Shown piece by piece: positions 38,275 through 48,373 of a stretch of 64,000 bases of DNA. The notes under the pieces were generated by a model, which saw nothing but the letters and a program-made list of their open reading frames with translations, did not search any database and was not told where the DNA came from. Every line of letters begins with the position of its first letter. The stretch's first letter is position 1. Origin of the DNA: a virus; the IMG/VR virus record IMGVR_UViG_3300045921_000191, positions 32,001 to 96,000 of that record; one strand, given 5' to 3'. The translations under genes and the position numbers were made by a program.

Positions 38275-40016
38275 CTGTTATTCTCCAAGATAGAAGTAGA
38301 AACACTAACAGGATCTTTATACCGACTAGAGGGTCCAATAAAGAATGCTTGTTCATTAACTAATTTTTGTCCACGAGACACGCGTAATTCCGTAAGATAT
38401 GATCTTGCTGCTGATAAAGAATCCACCTCATAAGTGTGTGTATATCCTTCGATGTGAAATAGCTGCTGCATATCGGAGATATATAAATTAGTCCCAAGTT
38501 CAACGTGCTCATCTATTCCATCAATTATCAAACTTCCATTAAACAATTGATGACTTAAAAAGAACCAATCTGCAATCAAATTCGTACAACGCTCGCAGTA
38601 GTTTTTTATACCCTCGGCTTCATCCAATACGTAAGCCGTCTGCGCCTGAATTGTCTTAAAGCCGTATCGTTGAATAGATGGAGTGTTGATTATCGACACA
38701 AAGGCAATGTCGTAAGTTTGAGAATCGACCCTAGGAACCACGATCACGTGGTTCACTCTTTCAAAATCACTCTTTCCAATATTCTTTTGTCTAATTTCAG
38801 TGCTAGGAATAGTGTAACGAGGTAGATCTATAAAATAAGTTTTTTGATCGTCTGGAATTTTATCGTTAAATTTTGCGCCGTTGCCCCCTTTAGAAGGAGC
38901 GCGTGAACTGGCGTTAAATACGTTAGTCTCGTGGGCGGCTTTATTAGAAAAAGGTATCTGACGATGAATAACGCTGGGTACTAGATTTCCTTTTGAATCC
39001 ACAGTAAGATCTGTAAACAGCTCATTTACCGCTGCATTAGATAAAAAATGCATTACAGACCAAATCGTTCCCGAAGCTGGCAAAGATTTTACCAGGCAAG
39101 CTCCTGGCAAGGCCCCTACTCCAGTAAACTTATTTTTTGAAAACTTATGCATTCCTATTTTAGAAGTGCTAAGAATATCTACAAAAGAGACCCCTTTGGA
39201 TTTTATCTTTTCTCTAGGAAGAAATCTTTGTGCCAACTCTGCTGGTACATACCAGGCTTGATTATTCATGTTCAAAGAATCAAACTTTCCGCCCATATAA
39301 AAACTAATAACGTTCTTCATGACTGCATCTGGAGTAAAATTGCTTACAGAAGCTCTTTCATTTCCTTTTAGGATCTTGCTAGAATCAGTAAGAAAGTTTG
39401 CTCCGAGAAGTGTCTGGTAAGTTTGCTGGTTCAATTGGGGATTAAAAAATATGTCATTATCAAACACTTTTCCCCAATCTCTTCCAGTAACCATATACTC
39501 TACTCTAGGTTTTCCTGTAGAAGGATCGTCAAATTCTATTAGACGAACTGTTTCTACAATACCTAAAAACTTAAGACCGCTAGAGGGTTTTACGCTATCA
39601 ACGTCAATAGATTCGTCGGCTCCGTTCTTTTTCATATAAATCATGATCCAGTCTCCTGGATGCACGGCTTCTATGTAATCTACTTTATCTTTTTGAAGTT
39701 GACCTTGCTTGATTTGCTTTCCTTGCTTTAAAGTTACCGAAAAAGTTCCGCTAGAGCCTTCCTTATCTTTACTTATTGTGCAACGAACTACGTCACTCTT
39801 AATTACTAGACGACTTCTAGTAGAGAAGTTTCCAGAAGCATCTCCAGAACCGCCTCCAGATATGCTGCGATCATTGCTTGCATTAACGCGAGTGAGTTTA
39901 GTAATGTCGGTTTGATCATAACGATAAATAACCACAATACACGAGGATCTCTGAGATACGTTCATAGGAACTATCTTAGAAGCGTCTCGTCTTTGATCTT
40001 GAAATTTGACGGACAT
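38271..40016 (-). CDS. Baseplate hub protein
   Basis: Lies between tape measure and spike; GTFSVTL, VTGRDWGK, RYG, FHIEGYTH. Confidence 0.7.
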   Translation of the reverse strand: MSVKFQDQRRDASKIVPMNVSQRSSCIVVIYRYDQTDITKLTRVNASNDRSISGGGSGDASGNFSTRSRLVIKSDVVRCTISKDKEGSSGTFSVTLKQGKQIKQGQLQKDKVDYIEAVHPGDWIMIYMKKNGADESIDVDSVKPSSGLKFLGIVETVRLIEFDDPSTGKPRVEYMVTGRDWGKVFDNDIFFNPQLNQQTYQTLLGANFLTDSSKILKGNERASVSNFTPDAVMKNVISFYMGGKFDSLNMNNQAWYVPAELAQRFLPREKIKSKGVSFVDILSTSKIGMHKFSKNKFTGVGALPGACLVKSLPASGTIWSVMHFLSNAAVNELFTDLTVDSKGNLVPSVIHRQIPFSNKAAHETNVFNASSRAPSKGGNGAKFNDKIPDDQKTYFIDLPRYTIPSTEIRQKNIGKSDFERVNHVIVVPRVDSQTYDIAFVSIINTPSIQRYGFKTIQAQTAYVLDEAEGIKNYCERCTNLIADWFFLSHQLFNGSLIIDGIDEHVELGTNLYISDMQQLFHIEGYTHTYEVDSLSAARSYLTELRVSRGQKLVNEQAFFIGPSSRYKDPVSVSTSILENNR

Positions 40017-42247
40017 TATTTCACTGGACCTTTAGTTAAGTTAGTTCTAGAACTTTCACTTATCATTTTTTTAAAAGCTTGTTGAGATTCTAAAAATACT
40101 TTGGTTAATTCTACTAATCCTTGAGCGGCACCTCTAATACCGTCATCGAAGGCTGAGAAACCTTGTTCAAACCTTTCCTGACTAATTCTGGACTCTACCT
40201 TAGCCATTTGTCCTTCTTTAGAATCAATCACTTCTTTTCTCATTGATTCGATTCCAACAGGTACATTTAAACTTGGTTTAGAGGATTGTGCGTCTCTAAC
40301 TCCAAGACGTTGCTCCGTAGTAATACCTTGACTGTATGCTCCAAAAGCTAGACCCATAGAAGAGTCTGGATCTATACCAGCCAGTTTTAAACCTTCATTT
40401 AAATTATTTCTTTTTCGCTCAACCAATTGTTGTGCTTGTTCTTTAGTTATTCCTAAAGCTTTTTGAGTATCTTCTACTGTGGCGTCTTGAGACAGATTCA
40501 TAGCTGCCATAATTTGGCCAGGCGTTGCATCTTTTCCTAGAACATCTTGTATAGCCGTAATGTTTCCTATTCCAGCAAAACCTGTGGTAGAAATAGACTC
40601 TGATTTAGATAACTCACTCAATGACTGCGCTTGCTGCATTGCTTGGGAAGTGATGGGACCTCCAGCCGCAAAGCCTTGAGCCATATCTATCATTCGGTTA
40701 GAAATACCGCCAGTGTCTACTCTTCCAAAACCAGCGCTTGATTGTACATAATCGGCGGTAGTTCTCATGAATTGAGAAGTTTTACTTCTATCTAATCCAG
40801 CGCTAATTGCTCGTTCTATGATTTGAGTTTGTTGAGTTGCCGCTCTTGCGAATCCTTGTCCTCGTTGACCAGTTCCAGCGAAGGTTTCAATTACGGAAGC
40901 TTGAGAACCGACATCCATACCCGTTGCTCTAGATATATCTTGCATTTTTGCTAAGTTATCTTTTGCTCCTTGATTTCCTAAAAAGCCCCTAGCTTGTGTA
41001 AATTGACTTAAAGTTTCTTCGGGAGAAAAGGCATTCCTATTGCCTGTAGATTGCATGCTTGTCAAGTCCGAGGAATTAATTCCTCCACCTTGCAAAGCAT
41101 TTAGTCTAGAAGGGTTTAAACTTTTAGCATATTGAAAAGATCTAGATAATGGGGCTACTTCTTGGTTTCTCCAATCTCCTTGAAGATTAGATCCTGTCAT
41201 ATATCCGCCTATGCCACCAGCTACCCCTCCTATTGCTCCGAGAGCTAACATTCCAGGTATTCCTAGAAAAGCTCCAACTTTAGCTCCCGTAGCTGCTCCT
41301 ACTGCAGCTCCGCCTGCTGCTAAACCCCACTTAGTAGGGCTATTCTCATCCCTACCAAATTGAGTTGCTTGAGCGCCTATGTAATCCCCGCTCTCTATAT
41401 CTTGAGCAAATCGTTGTTTTCTCTCTAAATCCATAGTACGAAGTTTATGTAATCCCAAAACTGTTCCAGTAATGACTGTTCCAGCAGCTCCCATTCCAGA
41501 ACTAATAGATCCAGCATTTACTCTATTTGATTTTTTTGCTAACTCTCTAGCGTCTTCTGGACTCATGCCAACAGTTCTACCTATAGAGGCTACGGCTGAT
41601 CTATCTAATTTAGAATTTTCAGTGGCTTGCTCTAATCGTTTTTGACGCAAAGTTTCAAGATTCTTAATGTTTTGATCAAGATCTTTTTTACGATCTTTTT
41701 CTTTTTGAGATTCAAGTTTCAGATGATCTCTTTGTTGAATTTTAGAAAGCTTTTCTTTTTCTCGTTTTTCTAGTTCAATGCCTTTCAGTTTTTCTTTTAT
41801 AGACGCGGCGAGTTCTTTATCATGTTGATCCCAAGACTTCTGATTTATTTTTTCAAGAGTTTGACTAATCCGAGCTTGTTCTCGTAACTCTTTATTGCGA
41901 GCTTGATCGGCAAGTTTTTCCTGCTTAGCCATTCTTCTAGCTTCTTGCCTTGAAGAGTCACGATTAATATCGTAATCTTCTCCTAGCATTGAATGGCGAC
42001 GACTTGAACGTCTTCCACTAGAACCACCACCGCCGACGCTCATATTAGAGCCTTGCACTGCTTTCTTAAGCTCTTCTGCAAAACCTTTCGCAATATTTTT
42101 AAACTCATTCTTAATAGAAGTAGTATCTTGAGAAGAAAGGCTGAGGCCAGCTTTCAATTCATTTTTGAGAGTTGCTATCTCTTTTTTTAAGGCAGCAGAG
42201 TCTAGCGTGGCCTTGATAACTAGTTGTTTTTTAATATCATTTGCCAT
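40016..42247 (-). CDS. Tape measure protein
   Basis: About 743 aa, helical, with a Gly/Ala-rich hydrophobic segment; follows the chaperones. Start taken at the ATG overlapping the upstream TAA (the track starts at 42262). Confidence 0.75.
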   Translation of the reverse strand: MANDIKKQLVIKATLDSAALKKEIATLKNELKAGLSLSSQDTTSIKNEFKNIAKGFAEELKKAVQGSNMSVGGGGSSGRRSSRRHSMLGEDYDINRDSSRQEARRMAKQEKLADQARNKELREQARISQTLEKINQKSWDQHDKELAASIKEKLKGIELEKREKEKLSKIQQRDHLKLESQKEKDRKKDLDQNIKNLETLRQKRLEQATENSKLDRSAVASIGRTVGMSPEDARELAKKSNRVNAGSISSGMGAAGTVITGTVLGLHKLRTMDLERKQRFAQDIESGDYIGAQATQFGRDENSPTKWGLAAGGAAVGAATGAKVGAFLGIPGMLALGAIGGVAGGIGGYMTGSNLQGDWRNQEVAPLSRSFQYAKSLNPSRLNALQGGGINSSDLTSMQSTGNRNAFSPEETLSQFTQARGFLGNQGAKDNLAKMQDISRATGMDVGSQASVIETFAGTGQRGQGFARAATQQTQIIERAISAGLDRSKTSQFMRTTADYVQSSAGFGRVDTGGISNRMIDMAQGFAAGGPITSQAMQQAQSLSELSKSESISTTGFAGIGNITAIQDVLGKDATPGQIMAAMNLSQDATVEDTQKALGITKEQAQQLVERKRNNLNEGLKLAGIDPDSSMGLAFGAYSQGITTEQRLGVRDAQSSKPSLNVPVGIESMRKEVIDSKEGQMAKVESRISQERFEQGFSAFDDGIRGAAQGLVELTKVFLESQQAFKKMISESSRTNLTKGPVK

Positions 42248-42690
42248 TACTCTTCTTCCCACTGTCGTAATTGACTGAAATCAGTAGTGATTTTGTCAGG
42301 CAGTTCTTCTGTCTTGATCTTAGCTTCTTCTTCTGCTTGTTCCCGTTTGTCAGCAGAAGCTTTATCATATTCTAACACTTGCTCGACCATTTGTTCATCA
42401 CTGATGTAGGAATCGCCCATCTCCTTTCTAAGCCATTCTTCATAGCTCTTAACATCTGGATTGAACGTTTCTTCAACAATCTCTGGATTATCTTTGACGC
42501 GATGCATCTGATGAAGCACAAGAAGTTCTTCTAAAGTCAAATCAAGTAATCTAGGATCTTTGAGCGTAGTGTTGAATTTGAAAGCGAACCAAGCTTTTAG
42601 CTGCCTTTCCAGGCCATCAAAAGTAGTAGTGTCCGCATTCACGTGCGCGTCGGCGATCCTTAAGAAGTTAAGGAGACCGTACTTAGACAT
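42247..42690 (-). CDS. Tail assembly chaperone (second)
   Basis: WF..KFN....DPRLLDLTLEEL; directly upstream of the tape measure gene. Confidence 0.6.
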   Translation of the reverse strand: MSKYGLLNFLRIADAHVNADTTTFDGLERQLKAWFAFKFNTTLKDPRLLDLTLEELLVLHQMHRVKDNPEIVEETFNPDVKSYEEWLRKEMGDSYISDEQMVEQVLEYDKASADKREQAEEEAKIKTEELPDKITTDFSQLRQWEEE

Positions 42691-42693
42691 TGT

Positions 42694-43110
42694 TTACTCT
42701 TTCTTTTTTTGCTTTTCTTTAATTTCTTTCTCGGCTTCTTTTTGGGCTTCTTCTTGCCCGCCCCAAACCTTATCTTTCCAAGCTTTCTCAAACTTCATAG
42801 TTTCAGCATAAATAGCTAAAATAATATTAAAATCATATAGTTCCATTCCTGAATCACTTTTCTTCCACCAATCAGGGGAATCTATGATCGTATAATAAAG
42901 CCATGCGATTGCGAAATGCAAGTCTCGCACGTCATCTGGAAGGAATTTGATATCTTCGTTGAGTTTGGATTCGAGCTTAGCAATTTGCGATTTGGCTCGT
43001 AGATTAGGACGACGATAAGTAAATGATCCCTCGTAAAGGGCTACTCCGCTTTCGTGTTTACCTTCAATCTTGACCGAAAAGGTGTGTTCCATTGATGGAA
43101 GCTCTTTCAT
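42694..43110 (-). CDS. Tail assembly chaperone (first)
   Basis: YEGSFTYRRPN...IIDSPDWW; lies between tube and tape measure genes. Confidence 0.65.
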   Translation of the reverse strand: MKELPSMEHTFSVKIEGKHESGVALYEGSFTYRRPNLRAKSQIAKLESKLNEDIKFLPDDVRDLHFAIAWLYYTIIDSPDWWKKSDSGMELYDFNIILAIYAETMKFEKAWKDKVWGGQEEAQKEAEKEIKEKQKKKE

Positions 43111-43158
43111 AATTTTCTCCTTATTTTCGTATACTTATATAATTGCGTTACCGCTCTT

Positions 43159-43187
43159 ATATTATACCACAAAAGTAAAGGAGTCAA
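43159..43187 (-). promoter_or_regulatory. Promoter for the chaperone/tape measure/baseplate genes
   Basis: TTGACT-N17-TAATAT overlapping an extended -10 TGGTATAAT, just after a terminator. Confidence 0.55.
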
Positions 43188-43194
43188 GTACTTG

Positions 43195-43235
43195 AAAAAG
43201 AAATAGGCCCTGACCCGTGCAAGGGATCAGAGCCT
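43195..43235 (-). terminator. Rho-independent terminator after the tail tube gene
   Basis: AGGCTCTGATCC..GGGTCAGGGCCT stem followed by ATTTCTTTTT. Confidence 0.7.
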
Positions 43236-43276
43236 CCAGGAAATCGTATTACTCAGACTAGCCGAGGGTCGAATTT

Positions 43277-43690
43277 TTAAGCGCCAGCTTCAGTAGACTG
43301 TTTGATGCCGACAAACGATAGGGTCAATTGGCCCAAGTTACGAGCGTCGATGTTCAAGTCTTCTTGAGTACACTTAACGCGTTCGATCAAAAAGAGCGAA
43401 GCGCCAGTAATACGGTCAATCAACTCAGCAGTAAGTTCTGGCTGAGTAAGGATGTTTTGCAACTTAGGACGAAGGCCCAAGCTGATAGCATCTTGATTTG
43501 ATACGCGGAAAAGCGTCGCAGTGAAGTTTACAGTGTATCCAGTTTCAGCGTATTCTGCTGGTTCCAACTGATCGAGAACATCGACTGGTTGGTGAGCATG
43601 AGCTACGGTGTAGCTGATAGCGTTTGCGAAGGCGATCTTAGTTCCGTTAACTCGGAATACTACTCTTGCGCCTGTTGAAGTTTGACTCAT
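43277..43690 (-). CDS. Tail tube protein
   Basis: 137 aa, TGARVVFRVNG.KIAFA...PVDVL...PAEY; downstream of the sheath and followed by a terminator. Confidence 0.8.
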   Translation of the reverse strand: MSQTSTGARVVFRVNGTKIAFANAISYTVAHAHQPVDVLDQLEPAEYAETGYTVNFTATLFRVSNQDAISLGLRPKLQNILTQPELTAELIDRITGASLFLIERVKCTQEDLNIDARNLGQLTLSFVGIKQSTEAGA

Positions 43691-43746
43691 CTTATATCTC
43701 CTTTACTACCCCATATTTCAGGCAGGGGGTTAACGATCTTTTTGCC

Positions 43747-44592
43747 TTATTCTTCAATTGCCGCTTTCAATTCGGAAGCAGCTTCTTTATCCGCTAGGGC
43801 AATTGCCATAACGTCTTCGGAACGTTTAGAAACTTTGTTTTCATTTGATGCAGCTTTGGCAGCAGCAAGGGCTGCTTGAGCTTCAGCGAGAGCTTCTTCA
43901 AGTTGCTCTAGGTCATCCGATTCATCGGCTCCGTTAGCAAAAGTTGCAACTTCTCCATCGCCTTCTCCTGCATCAGCAAGCGCGGTAGCATCTCCACCAG
44001 CGGCAGTTTGAAGTTCTCTCAATGAACTGGAATCAGCAAGAACAACATTCTTACCAACGACAGCTCCAGTATTGATAAGTTCCGCTAACTCGGCAGTAGT
44101 AAGATCTACGGGAGTGGCGGAATTATTAGTTCCATCATTAGGAGTAATTGTCAGTACAATAGCGTCAGCCGTGCCAGTGAAAGCTGCAAGAACTTCATCA
44201 TCATCATTGGCAGCGGCGGCAAGTACTTGTAGAGTAAAGGTGTCGCCGTTTCTGGCAGCACCTTTGGCAGCAGAGGTCAGCGTAATGTCAGCAGTAAGAT
44301 CAAGAACAGCTTCAGCGGCCACAGCAGGCTCATACGCGTCCAAGGCATCTTGAGCAGCCTCAACTGCGTCTTCTGCGTCAGAAATATTAGAAATATCTTC
44401 CGCTAGTTCTGCGAGAAGATCGCGAGCTATTTCAGCAGCGGCTTTTTTATCAGCCATTGCAATTTCAAGTTCTCGCAATTCTCTTTTACTAAGGACTGCG
44501 TTTGCTTCAATCTTGGCAAGCAAAGCATCAGCAGCTTTATTGCTGCCCATTGCCATGTCCAATCGGTATTTAGTATCTTTACTTAGTGCCAT
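43747..44592 (-). CDS. Acidic Ala-rich virion protein between sheath and tube genes
   Basis: Three (L/V)SK....(I/M)A(M/L)...AA.E repeats and coiled coils flanking a beta domain. Confidence 0.6.
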   Translation of the reverse strand: MALSKDTKYRLDMAMGSNKAADALLAKIEANAVLSKRELRELEIAMADKKAAAEIARDLLAELAEDISNISDAEDAVEAAQDALDAYEPAVAAEAVLDLTADITLTSAAKGAARNGDTFTLQVLAAAANDDDEVLAAFTGTADAIVLTITPNDGTNNSATPVDLTTAELAELINTGAVVGKNVVLADSSSLRELQTAAGGDATALADAGEGDGEVATFANGADESDDLEQLEEALAEAQAALAAAKAASNENKVSKRSEDVMAIALADKEAASELKAAIEE

Positions 44593-44601
44593 GTTTATTC
44601 C

Positions 44602-46413
44602 TTACGCCGATTGACGGATGTTATCGAGCGTGATTCGGTTAAGGATGAAGTCGATACCTTGAACTGGGGTAATGGTGATGTCAACAAAAGCGGTATTACC
44701 GTTAATCGTAACAACAAGATCTTTCCAGCCTAGGCCTTCGTTTGTATCATCGCCGACAATGATCTCATCCCGAAGAAATAGAGACATAATCGAGATAACA
44801 GTGTTTTTAATAGCGACAGCCGAACCAGTACGAACTTTATCACCGACAAAGATAGCTTCAAGTTGTTGACGTAAGTTGTAAGCAACATAGTCAGCAGCAT
44901 AAAGAACCGATACTCGGTTAAATACAAAGTTAGCATCAAGGCCGTAAGTAGTGTTATGAACAACTACTCGGAAACCGCCAGTATCGCGCTCTTCGAGAGG
45001 CAATAGACCAGCGTCGATAGCAAGGTCAACTTGCGTCTTAGGGTTGTAGTCTTGGTGACGAAGACCGCTTGCATTGATCCCTTTGAAAGTAGCAGGGGTT
45101 CCAACGTCAGTTCCTGACTGAATACCAGCGAGCATAGCGCCTGCTGCCCAAGGATCAAGAAACACTAGATCTCCAGAGGAGTTAGTGGTTTCAACGTCTT
45201 GGAACAACATCGAAGCTCGTTCGTGCGACAGATCTCGAGCGGCTTGTTGAGTTGCTGCAAAAGAAGCTTTCTTAGAAACGTAACAGTTACGTTCAGAACG
45301 GTTCTTAGTATTAGATGCTACGATACAGTGTTGAAGCGCTTGCGCGTTTACAGCATCAACTGTAAAAGTAGAAGCGGGGTCAGTTTCGCCAATCGAAATC
45401 AATTCCGATGCGTCTCTAGAAACTAGAGGAAGAACGGTATTGCAACGAGTGGCAAGAAGTGCGTCAAAGCCTGCTTGAAAGCTAGAGTTTGCAGATGCTC
45501 CGCGAGAACCTCCTGCCAAGAATGCAGAAATGTTCACAGGAAGGCCTTCAACATCCGCCGCTATAGAGGCTTCTACAAGTTGAGATTCTGTGGCAATAAT
45601 GTCCAGAAGCTCTTGTTGTGCTCGGCGCAAAGTCTTAGCAGAAGTGATGTCTAGAGCAGTGCTAATCCAATCTAACGAATTAGCTGGAGTTCCAGAAGCT
45701 TTGCTGTAAGTAGTAGTACAAGTATATGATGGGTGGTTTTCGATAATATCTACAAGACTGCGAACTGTTTTTCCAGAAAGTACGATGCTAAGATTGTCGG
45801 CTGGAATGGAAGCAGAAGCAGTGGTAGTTACCAATCGTTTTTGACCACTTACTGTTTTAATTTCAAGATCGCAAACAGTTGCAGCGCCAGTGTATTGAAT
45901 GCTTAGAATAGCGTCGTAAGCGTTTTCAGAAAGGTTTTCAGTGACGCCGCCTTTTTTAATCGTTAGAACTTTGTTATTAGCAGAAGTACCATTTGCAATA
46001 GTAACTTGGATAAGATTTTCATCTTCGCCCCAGTTTGCTGAAGTAAGAGTCAGCAAGTTAGCGGAAGCTGCGTTTTGAAAAACCCTAGAAGCTTTTGTGC
46101 TTGAGTTGGTTTTCCAAACTCGAATTTGAGATGCACCGTTAGTTACGCGATTATCACGAGCAGGAGAAACAAGAATTCGAGCTGCATCTACGATAGGACC
46201 CTCTTTGTAAAGTTCTACGAGAGCTGCGATGTCTTCGCTAGTAAAGGTTTGAACTCCAGCACTTGAACCAGGTTCACCGCCAGAGGCTTCGCCCACAATC
46301 GCAACTACTCCAGTAGGAGATAGCGGAAAGCCGCCAGTAAGATTTACTCGTGTTCGCGAGTAAGCTCCAGGCTTCCTTAGCGATGCTCCATTAAAATTTT
46401 GACTAATAGCCAT
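44602..46413 (-). CDS. Contractile tail sheath protein
   Basis: KPGAYSR, AIVGEASGGEP, PATFK, RVSV..AADY, ITPVQGIDFI. Confidence 0.9.
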   Translation of the reverse strand: MAISQNFNGASLRKPGAYSRTRVNLTGGFPLSPTGVVAIVGEASGGEPGSSAGVQTFTSEDIAALVELYKEGPIVDAARILVSPARDNRVTNGASQIRVWKTNSSTKASRVFQNAASANLLTLTSANWGEDENLIQVTIANGTSANNKVLTIKKGGVTENLSENAYDAILSIQYTGAATVCDLEIKTVSGQKRLVTTTASASIPADNLSIVLSGKTVRSLVDIIENHPSYTCTTTYSKASGTPANSLDWISTALDITSAKTLRRAQQELLDIIATESQLVEASIAADVEGLPVNISAFLAGGSRGASANSSFQAGFDALLATRCNTVLPLVSRDASELISIGETDPASTFTVDAVNAQALQHCIVASNTKNRSERNCYVSKKASFAATQQAARDLSHERASMLFQDVETTNSSGDLVFLDPWAAGAMLAGIQSGTDVGTPATFKGINASGLRHQDYNPKTQVDLAIDAGLLPLEERDTGGFRVVVHNTTYGLDANFVFNRVSVLYAADYVAYNLRQQLEAIFVGDKVRTGSAVAIKNTVISIMSLFLRDEIIVGDDTNEGLGWKDLVVTINGNTAFVDITITPVQGIDFILNRITLDNIRQSA

Positions 46414-46426
46414 GTGTATTCCTCAC

Positions 46427-46687
46427 TTAGTATGTCTTCAATATCTGCTCGAACTTCTCTTTCGATACTTCATTCATTATACCTTGAGATTCAACATACT
46501 TTCTCATAGGCACTTTATGATGTTCCAGAACTTTTCCTTGTCTAAGGAGACTCTGAAAGAAGGCGTCAAAGCTGATAAGTTCTTCTGTTTCGACTTCTTC
46601 CGAAGTCAGGTTAAGTTCTTGTTTTTCTTCTAATTCTTGTAGCTTATCAGCATTATTTTCGTAGCGTCGAGATTTTCGGTTTTCCAT
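46427..46687 (-). CDS. Hypothetical protein
   Basis: 86-aa ORF with an AAGGAG RBS. Confidence 0.6.
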   Translation of the reverse strand: MENRKSRRYENNADKLQELEEKQELNLTSEEVETEELISFDAFFQSLLRQGKVLEHHKVPMRKYVESQGIMNEVSKEKFEQILKTY

Positions 46688-46716
46688 ACCAGATTCTCCT
46701 TCAAATCTATCACATT

Positions 46717-46739
46717 AAAACCCTTTTTTTTCAAAAGGG
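46717..46739 (-). terminator. Possible weak terminator
   Basis: CCCTTTT/AAAAGGG stem followed by TTTT. Confidence 0.4.
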
Positions 46740-46745
46740 ACTGTT

Positions 46746-47678
46746 TTAATCCTCTTCAGGGCTCGTATTTATATTTGTAGCAGTGGGACTATCTGGGTTT
46801 GGATTAGGCGCTTTAATAGTCAGATCGAAGCAATCTACCAGATTAACCTCGGTTTGGTTCCAATCAAATTCTGATATACAAGACATGTCTAAAAACCTAC
46901 TGAAGATATTTTCGCCTTGATATTGATCGGCACGATCATACATACCGCCTGTGCCTTTATCCAAGTGAATACCACGAGCAATCATTGAATCTTTTCGAGA
47001 CTTTAGAATCCATACTAGTATATAATACAAGTACTTAGACAGGTGTACATCATCTTTAGAGTGGCAACCTATACTTACGACCTCTTTTAGTCGGATCATA
47101 TTACGTTCAACTCGGCTGATATCAATTCTGCTTACGATTTGACCCGCTGCGTTAAGAGTTGGCTCTTTTCCCGAACCGATATTAATATATTTGTCCCCAG
47201 ACATATTACTGTTGCCTGATCCGATGTCGAACTCAACAGAGTTCGCATCTATAAAAATCATACCAGGACAAATGCTCTCTAAATTAGCAGCAGGATCAAT
47301 TGTAAGCTTGCCAGTGACTGTATCATACGCTGTTGGAACTACAGGGTCGGCATATACTTTAGGGTCTTTAGGGCTATCTCGGTCTTCCAGGTAGTCGTCG
47401 AATTGTTGTAGATCCTCGCTCTCATCGGAGCGAAGCATTTGTATGGAGTAACACGGCATTGTGGTTGGAACCATTGCCCAAGATTGAACAATCCGAATTT
47501 GATTATTTGTGATATATGTTTTTAACTCGTCAATCTTAGATTGACCATATTGATTGTTAAAATGGGCAGCAGTGAAACGGCTAAACAGGTCGTCAAGAAT
47601 CGCTGGATTGGAGCGAATAAGTCCCAGTCCATCCCTAATTACAGATTCAAGTACAAACTCACTTAAAGGAAATCCCAT
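46746..47678 (-). CDS. Neck / tail terminator protein
   Basis: Upstream of the sheath gene; PCYSI..SDES and D....LYYIL.WIL patterns. Confidence 0.55.
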   Translation of the reverse strand: MGFPLSEFVLESVIRDGLGLIRSNPAILDDLFSRFTAAHFNNQYGQSKIDELKTYITNNQIRIVQSWAMVPTTMPCYSIQMLRSDESEDLQQFDDYLEDRDSPKDPKVYADPVVPTAYDTVTGKLTIDPAANLESICPGMIFIDANSVEFDIGSGNSNMSGDKYINIGSGKEPTLNAAGQIVSRIDISRVERNMIRLKEVVSIGCHSKDDVHLSKYLYYILVWILKSRKDSMIARGIHLDKGTGGMYDRADQYQGENIFSRFLDMSCISEFDWNQTEVNLVDCFDLTIKAPNPNPDSPTATNINTSPEED

Positions 47679-47680
47679 AT

Positions 47681-48373
47681 TTAAAAATACCTTGACAACA
47701 TTGTATCAAATATCTCAGATACTTCAAGCTCTAAATCATCTAAAACTCTAGCGCCCTCTCTAGGAGTGGCTGGCCACTTTTTACCCTCTGATAGGCGCAC
47801 TATATTCAAAAACTGAGTCGAAGAGTTAGATGGATTGACGGATTTGATGACATCTTTAACACGTTGCACTATTCTATTCTCAATTTTGACTCCGCCCCTT
47901 TTAACATCAGAGAACTTGTACGGTCTTTGTGAAAACTGCTTTATTAGGTCATCGGCGCTTTTAAACTGCTTAACGTTGTAGATATCTCCTTTGACTGAGA
48001 TATTTCCTGCTGCGTCAGCGTCACGCGACATTGGAACGTCTACATAACGCTTGCCAGTTTCTTTGTTATACTTAGCTCGATTGCCTTTTAGGATCATGTC
48101 GGAGATCTCTCCAGCGGCAATTTGATCCTTTTCCATTAAATGGGCAAGTTTGCCTTCAATAGTAATAATGTAATTTCCATCTTCAATTTTATGAAACTTA
48201 TATCCACTGTTCCAATGTTTAAGTCCATTTCTAAGACGCTGAGATGCTAGTTTTTTACCGCGAGCGTAAACGGCTTCGGTAGTGGCAGCGGTGGCTGCGT
48301 TTAATTGACTCTTGAAAGCGTCAACAATTTCTTGCTCATTAAAATCAGATAATTCAAATTTAAGCTTTAACAT
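47681..48373 (-). CDS. Neck / tail completion protein
   Basis: Neck module context; G.LAHLME, GKRYVDVP. Confidence 0.5.
   Translation of the reverse strand: MLKLKFELSDFNEQEIVDAFKSQLNAATAATTEAVYARGKKLASQRLRNGLKHWNSGYKFHKIEDGNYIITIEGKLAHLMEKDQIAAGEISDMILKGNRAKYNKETGKRYVDVPMSRDADAAGNISVKGDIYNVKQFKSADDLIKQFSQRPYKFSDVKRGGVKIENRIVQRVKDVIKSVNPSNSSTQFLNIVRLSEGKKWPATPREGARVLDDLELEVSEIFDTMLSRYF

Noticed and set aside
42703-42709. A AAA AAG slippery heptamer near the end of the first tail chaperone gene
   Set aside because: The -1 frame reaches TAA after about five codons and the second chaperone is in frame 0, so a -1 shift cannot give a fusion.
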